Origin: an uncultured Alphaproteobacteria bacterium
GTDB taxonomy: Bacteria; Pseudomonadota; Alphaproteobacteria; Acetobacterales; Acetobacteraceae
NCBI GenBank assembly: GCA_963754235.1
Contig: CAVWFK010000036.1
Span: 1-64,000, forward strand
Length of the DNA: 64,000 nucleotides
Reading direction: 5' to 3'
Below, piece by piece: positions 59,741 to 64,000 of the stretch. The stretch's first letter is position 1. Each line of letters begins with the position of its first letter. The translations under genes were made by a program, and so were the position numbers. Below the pieces are notes generated by a model, which saw only the letters and a program-made list of their open reading frames with translations, had not been told where the DNA came from and ran no database searches.

Positions 59741-60138
59741 CGCCGTTCGGCGCCCGGGTCCGCGCGCTCCGCGCCGAGCGCCGCACCACGCAGAAGGCGC
59801 TCGCCGCCGAACTCGGCGTCTCGGCCGCCTATCTCTCGGCGCTGGAGCACGGCAGGCGCGGCGCGCCGGCCAGCGGATTGGTGCATCAGGTATGCGAGAT
59901 TTTCGGCCTGATCTGGGACGAGGCGGACGAGCTCGCGCGCCTCGCCCGCCTCTCGCGCCCGCGCGTGCGGGTCAACACCGGCGGGCTGACGCCGGAGCAG
60001 ACGGCGTTGGCGAACCGGCTGTCGCAGACGATCCGGCGGCTGCCGCCGGAGACCGTCGCCGCGATGCACGCACTCCTGGATCAGACCTCGCCGCAGCCCA
60101 AGCCGCGCTTGCGCCGGGCCGCGGGTCGAGGGCGGTAG
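59737..60138 (+). CDS. XRE-family helix-turn-helix regulator
   Basis: '..TQKALAAELGVSAAYLSALEHG..'. ATGA overlap with the Smr gene. Confidence 0.65.
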   Translation: MTPFGARVRALRAERRTTQKALAAELGVSAAYLSALEHGRRGAPASGLVHQVCEIFGLIWDEADELARLARLSRPRVRVNTGGLTPEQTALANRLSQTIRRLPPETVAAMHALLDQTSPQPKPRLRRAAGRGR

Positions 60139-60163
60139 GAGAATTGGAAGCGCGGTCGATCCT

Positions 60164-60544
60164 TCACTTTGCGACCAGCATCGGCCCCAGCGCCCGGCCG
60201 CCGAAGATGTGCACGTGGAAGTGCGGCACGTCCTGGTGGCTGTCCGGCCCCATATTGGCGAGCACCCGATACCCCGGCGCCTCCAGCCCGAGCTGCTTCG
60301 CGACCGCCGCGACCGCGCGCCAGAAGCCGACGATCTCCGCCTCGCCGGCGCCGGTCGCGAAATCAGTGAGCGAGACGAACTTCCCGCGCGGGATCACCAG
60401 CACATGCACCGGCGCCTGCGGATTGATGTCGTGAAAGGCGACCGCCCACTCATCCTCGAACACCCGCCGCGACGGGATCTCGCCGCGCAGAATCTTGGCG
60501 AAGATGTTCTGGTCGTCGTACGGACCAAGCCCGCTCACCGGCAT
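60164..60544 (-). CDS. HIT-family (HinT-like) hydrolase
   Basis: '..HFHVHIFGG'. Confidence 0.85.
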   Translation of the reverse strand: MPVSGLGPYDDQNIFAKILRGEIPSRRVFEDEWAVAFHDINPQAPVHVLVIPRGKFVSLTDFATGAGEAEIVGFWRAVAAVAKQLGLEAPGYRVLANMGPDSHQDVPHFHVHIFGGRALGPMLVAK

Positions 60545-60561
60545 CGCATCCACCCCGATCG

Positions 60562-61044
60562 TCAGGGAATCTTCGTCGTCTGCAGCCCGAAGGCAAGCGG
60601 CAGGGCGCGGGCGCGCGACGCCTTCTCGGCGATGCCGCTGATGCCTTCGCGGCGTTGCAGCTCGGCCCAGACCTCGTCGGCCCGCACCCCCGCATCCACC
60701 CACAGCACGATCAGATGATAGAGCACGTCGGCGCTCTCGCCGATCAGGGCGTCGCGGTTGCCGGAGAGCGCCTCGATCAGGCACTCGACCGCCTCCTCGC
60801 CGAATTTCTGCGCGACCTTCGGCGTGCCGCGCGAGAGCAGCCGGGCGGAGTGGCTGACCGAGGGATCGGCCGACCGGCGCTCCATCACCACCGCCCACAG
60901 CCGGTCGAGCACCGCAGGGCTGGCGCCGAGCGCCAGCGGCGGCGGTGGCGGGGCGGCACTCTCCGGCGCGGCGGCGCGTCGCTTGCGCGGCTTTGCCCGT
61001 TTGTTCCGCGGCTTCGCCGGCTTCTTCTTGGTGGCCTTCGCCAT
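60562..61044 (-). CDS. hisE: phosphoribosyl-ATP pyrophosphatase HisE with about 50-aa Lys/Pro-rich N-terminal extension
   Basis: '..[32 protein letters not shown]..' preceded by '[36 protein letters not shown]'. ATG lies 7 nt after the hisF stop. Confidence 0.75.
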   Translation of the reverse strand: MAKATKKKPAKPRNKRAKPRKRRAAAPESAAPPPPPLALGASPAVLDRLWAVVMERRSADPSVSHSARLLSRGTPKVAQKFGEEAVECLIEALSGNRDALIGESADVLYHLIVLWVDAGVRADEVWAELQRREGISGIAEKASRARALPLAFGLQTTKIP

Positions 61045-61053
61045 CGCCCGGGC

Positions 61054-61827
61054 TCAGGCCGCCAGGCGCGGAGGCGGCCGCACCGGTAGCCCGGCTTCCG
61101 CGAGCGCTGCTTTCGCGTCCGCGATCGAGAACGTGCCGAAATGGAATACGCTCGCGGCCAGCAGCCCCGTCGCCCCCGCGCGCGCGCCCTCGACGAAATG
61201 TGCGAGCGACCCGACGCCGCCCGAGGCCACCACCGGCAGCCGCACCGCGCCGCACACCGCGCGCAGCAGGTCGAGATCGAATCCCGCCCCGGTGCCGTCC
61301 CGATCCATGCTGGTGAGCAGAATCTCGCCGGCGCCGCACGCCGCGACCTGCCGGCACCAGGCGACCGCGTCGATCCCGGTGCCGCGCCGGCCGCCGTGGG
61401 TGAACACCTCCCAACGGGCCTCGCCGGCTTGGCGCGCATCGACCGCGACCACGACGCACTGGCTGCCGAATTTCTCCGCCGCCTCGCGCACCAGATCGGG
61501 GCGGGCGACTGCGGCCGAATTGATGCTGCACTTGTCCGCACCCGCCAGCAGCAGGCGGCGCATGTCCTCGGTGGTACGGATGCCGCCGCCCACGGTCAGC
61601 GGCAGGAAGATGCGCGCCGCCGTCCGTGCCGCCACGTCGCGGATGGTGTCGCGATTCTCGTGGCTCGCGGTAATGTCGAGGAAGGTGAGTTCGTCGGCGC
61701 CCGCCGCGTCATAGATGGCGGCCTGCTCCACCGGATCGCCGGCATCGCGCAGGCTGACGAAGTTGACGCCCTTGACGACGCGCCCGTCCTTCACGTCCAG
61801 GCAGGGAATGACGCGCAGCTTCAACAA
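61054..61827 (-). CDS. hisF: imidazole glycerol phosphate synthase cyclase subunit
   Basis: '[20 protein letters not shown]..'. Confidence 0.95.
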   Translation of the reverse strand: MLKLRVIPCLDVKDGRVVKGVNFVSLRDAGDPVEQAAIYDAAGADELTFLDITASHENRDTIRDVAARTAARIFLPLTVGGGIRTTEDMRRLLLAGADKCSINSAAVARPDLVREAAEKFGSQCVVVAVDARQAGEARWEVFTHGGRRGTGIDAVAWCRQVAACGAGEILLTSMDRDGTGAGFDLDLLRAVCGAVRLPVVASGGVGSLAHFVEGARAGATGLLAASVFHFGTFSIADAKAALAEAGLPVRPPPRLAA

Positions 61828-61851
61828 CGGAACAACGCCTTTCAGCCGCCC

Positions 61852-62613
61852 CTAGACCATCGCGCCCGATTCGGTGGCAAGCGCGGCCATCGCCGCCGCG
61901 ATATCGATGCGCCCGTCATAGAGCGCGCGGCCGACGATCACGCCCTCGATCCGGCCGCGCGGCAGCGCCGCCGCGGCCTCCGCCACCGCGCGCAGATCAT
62001 CGAGGCTGCCGATCCCGCCGCTCGCGATCACCGGGGTCGAGAGCGCCGCCGCGAGCGCCGCCGTCGCCGCGACATTGGCGCCGGTCAGCATCCCGTCGCG
62101 CGCGATGTCGGTGTGGATGATCGCCGCCGCCCCCCACTCCTCGCAGCGGCGCGCGAGGTCGAGTGCGGTGATCGCGGAGGGCTCGATCCAGCCCTCGGTC
62201 GCGACCATCCCATCACGCGCGTCGATCCCGATGGCGATCCGGCCGGGAAAGGTTCGACACGCCTCGGCGACCAGCGCCGGATGCTTCACCGCCGCACTGC
62301 CCAGGATGGCCCGAGCCACGCCGACGTCGAGCCAACGCCCGATCGTGGCAAGGTCCCGCAAGCCGCCGCCGAGCTGCACCGGGACCGTTGCCGCCGCCAG
62401 GATCGCTGTGATCGCGGGCGCGTTGACGCTGCGACCCAGGGTCGCGCCGTCGAGATCGACGACGTGCAGCCAGCGGCAGCCGGCCTGGGCCCACGCCCGC
62501 GCCTGCGCCGCGGGGTCGGCGGAATAGATCGTGGCAAGATCCATGTCGCCCTGGCGCAACCGCACGCAGGCCCCGCCCTTGAGGTCGATCGCGGGATAAA
62601 GGGTCAGGTTCAT
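61852..62613 (-). CDS. hisA: ProFAR isomerase
   Basis: 'MNLTLYPAIDLKGGACVRL..'. Confidence 0.9.
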   Translation of the reverse strand: MNLTLYPAIDLKGGACVRLRQGDMDLATIYSADPAAQARAWAQAGCRWLHVVDLDGATLGRSVNAPAITAILAAATVPVQLGGGLRDLATIGRWLDVGVARAILGSAAVKHPALVAEACRTFPGRIAIGIDARDGMVATEGWIEPSAITALDLARRCEEWGAAAIIHTDIARDGMLTGANVAATAALAAALSTPVIASGGIGSLDDLRAVAEAAAALPRGRIEGVIVGRALYDGRIDIAAAMAALATESGAMV

Positions 62614-62616
62614 CTC

Positions 62617-62705
62617 CCCGTCATGGTCGGCGGAGGCCGACCATCCACGTCTTTCTGCCGCGCGGGATAGTGAAGTCGTGGATGGTCGGCCTTCGCCGAC
62701 CATGA
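62617..62705. repeat. MITE/REP-like element copy F, abutting the hisA start codon
   Basis: 'CCGTCATGGTCGGCGGAGGCCGACCATCCACG..GACCATGACGGGG'. Its terminal 'GACGGGGAG' supplies the SD 3-4 nt before the hisA ATG. Confidence 0.6.
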
Positions 62706-62738
62706 CGGGGGGACACGTCAATCCTTTCGCAACCGGCC

Positions 62739-63299
62739 TCACACCTTCCCCTCCGGCTTCAGCCGCTTGCAGTAGAACAACCCGCGCAGCGTGCGGCCGC
62801 GGACACGGGCGTAAGCGGGATGCTCGCCCCAGCGCTCGTAGCCCATGCTCTCGTAGAGACGGATCGCCGCCTCCTGTGTCTCGCGCACATCGAGGTTGAG
62901 GACATGATAGCCGAGCGCGCGCGCACCTTCCTCGACACGGGCGGTCATCATCCGGGCGAGACCCAGGCCGCGCGCATAGGGGGCGATGTAGGCGTGCATC
63001 ATCGTCGCCGCAAAAGCCTGCGCCTCGTTGTTGCGCGGCGGCCGGACGAGCTGGGCGGAGCCGACGATCACGCCATCGAGCCGGCCCACGAACAGCTCGC
63101 GCTCCGGCACCAGAAGCAGGCCGCGGAAATACCGCTCCAGCGCCGCGCGGCCGGGGGGATTGACCCAGCCGAAGCCGCCGCCCTCGATGATCGCGGCGTC
63201 AGTCGCCTCGCACAGCGCCTGAAGGTCGTCATCGTCGAAACCCGTGACGCGTTCGACGGACAGCACGGGTGCCGCATTCGGGTGGTCTCGATCGGCCAT
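62739..63299 (-). CDS. GNAT family N-acetyltransferase
   Basis: Start at the internal 'MADRDHPNAAPVLSVERVTGFDDDD..'. Sits between hisH and hisA. Confidence 0.65.
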   Translation of the reverse strand: MADRDHPNAAPVLSVERVTGFDDDDLQALCEATDAAIIEGGGFGWVNPPGRAALERYFRGLLLVPERELFVGRLDGVIVGSAQLVRPPRNNEAQAFAATMMHAYIAPYARGLGLARMMTARVEEGARALGYHVLNLDVRETQEAAIRLYESMGYERWGEHPAYARVRGRTLRGLFYCKRLKPEGKV

Positions 63300-63300
63300 C

Positions 63301-63936
63301 TCAGGGTGCCCAGCGTAGGAAATTGCCGAGGATGGTGAGGCCGACCGCCTGGCTCTTCTCGACATGGAACTGCGTGCCGGCCCGATTGCCGCTTGCGACC
63401 ATTGCCACGACCGGGCCGCCATACTCGGCCGTGGCGAGCGTCTCGGCAGGGTCGGCGCCGCGCAGCGCATAGCTGTGGACGAAATAGACGTGATCGCCGG
63501 GGGCCAGCCGATCGAGCAGCGGATGCGCGCCGGGCGCGAAGTCGAGCGCGTTCCAGCCCATCTGCGGCAGCCGCAGGCCGGGTGCCTCCATCTCCGCGAT
63601 CTCGCCTGCGATCCAGCCGAAGCCCGGCGTGCTGCGGTGTTCCAGCCCGCGCTCGGCCATCAATTGCATCCCGACACAGATGCCGAGGAACGGGGCGCCG
63701 CGCGCGGTCGCGTGCGCGATCGCCTCGGTCATGCCGGTGACGGCGGCGAGGCCCGAGGCGCAGTCGGCGAACGCGCCCTGGCCGGGCAGCACGATGCGGT
63801 CGGCGCCGGCAACCGCGTCCGGATCGGCGGTGATGGCGACCTCGGCCGCGATGCCGTCGCGCGCGGCGGCTTCCGCCAGCGCGCGCGAGGCGGAGGCGAG
63901 ATTGCCGCTCCCGTAATCGATTACCGCGACCTTCAT
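63301..63936 (-). CDS. hisH: imidazole glycerol phosphate synthase glutaminase subunit
   Basis: 'MKVAVIDYGSGNL..GICVGMQL..HSY'. Confidence 0.9.
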   Translation of the reverse strand: MKVAVIDYGSGNLASASRALAEAAARDGIAAEVAITADPDAVAGADRIVLPGQGAFADCASGLAAVTGMTEAIAHATARGAPFLGICVGMQLMAERGLEHRSTPGFGWIAGEIAEMEAPGLRLPQMGWNALDFAPGAHPLLDRLAPGDHVYFVHSYALRGADPAETLATAEYGGPVVAMVASGNRAGTQFHVEKSQAVGLTILGNFLRWAP

Positions 63937-64000
63937 GGGCGCAGCCGTGCCGCCAGCTCCGGCCGTCCGGCCAGCAGCCGCGCCCAGGCGCCGTCTATGC
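63933..64000 (-). CDS. 3' end of an unidentified upstream gene (partial)
   Basis: Open frame '..IDGAWARLLAGRPELAARLRP*' with ATGA overlap onto hisH. Too short to assign. Confidence 0.3.
   Translation of the reverse strand, partial: IDGAWARLLAGRPELAARLRP

Overview
This 64-kb window is high-GC (about 68%) DNA whose conserved gene order points to an alphaproteobacterial chromosome. The backbone is fumarase-like | SQR/QFR Fe-S and anchor subunits fused in one operon with a NitT/TauT ABC importer | pyrF-lapA-ihfB-sppA-rpsA | cmk-aroA-TIGR02300 | ... | hisE-hisF-hisA-GNAT-hisH. Several accessory segments interrupt it. (1) Two small overlapping two-gene cassettes sit between rpsA and cmk. (2) A stress island at 13.5-22.2 kb carries a VOC protein, a T1SS-type M10/RTX metalloprotease, a thioesterase, a molybdopterin-oxidoreductase relic, a DyP-peroxidase/encapsulin nanocompartment convergent with ohr-SDR, an MBL hydrolase, an AbiEii-like nucleotidyltransferase with a small partner, and a vapBC module flanked by a roughly 75-bp duplication of the phnM 3' end. 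(3) A C-P lyase cluster (phnF-phnM' divergent from phnGHIJKLM, a DUF1045 gene, phnN) is interrupted by a MITE-like repeat and an IS110-family element. (4) A frameshifted MNT antitoxin sits beside an intact HepT. (5) Further genes encode catabolic and redox functions (GGT, two TPP enzymes, GMC oxidoreductase, SDRs, KDPG aldolase/kinase, lutBC, MFS transporters). Six copies of one 90-160-bp triple-hairpin MITE-like element lie in intergenic sites; one sits immediately upstream of hisA and supplies the ribosome-binding site. Five single-nucleotide frameshifts occur in otherwise conserved genes (DyP cargo, phnM', MNT, two in SMP-30), at least two of them at C-homopolymers. They indicate either ongoing gene decay or homopolymer indel errors in the assembly. 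The most unusual locus is the DyP::encapsulin read-through: the canonical cargo-loading peptide is encoded out of frame. No rRNA, tRNA or CRISPR array was seen. All coordinates come from manual reading anchored to the ORF track. Internal starts are correct to within a codon or so, and repeat boundaries are approximate.
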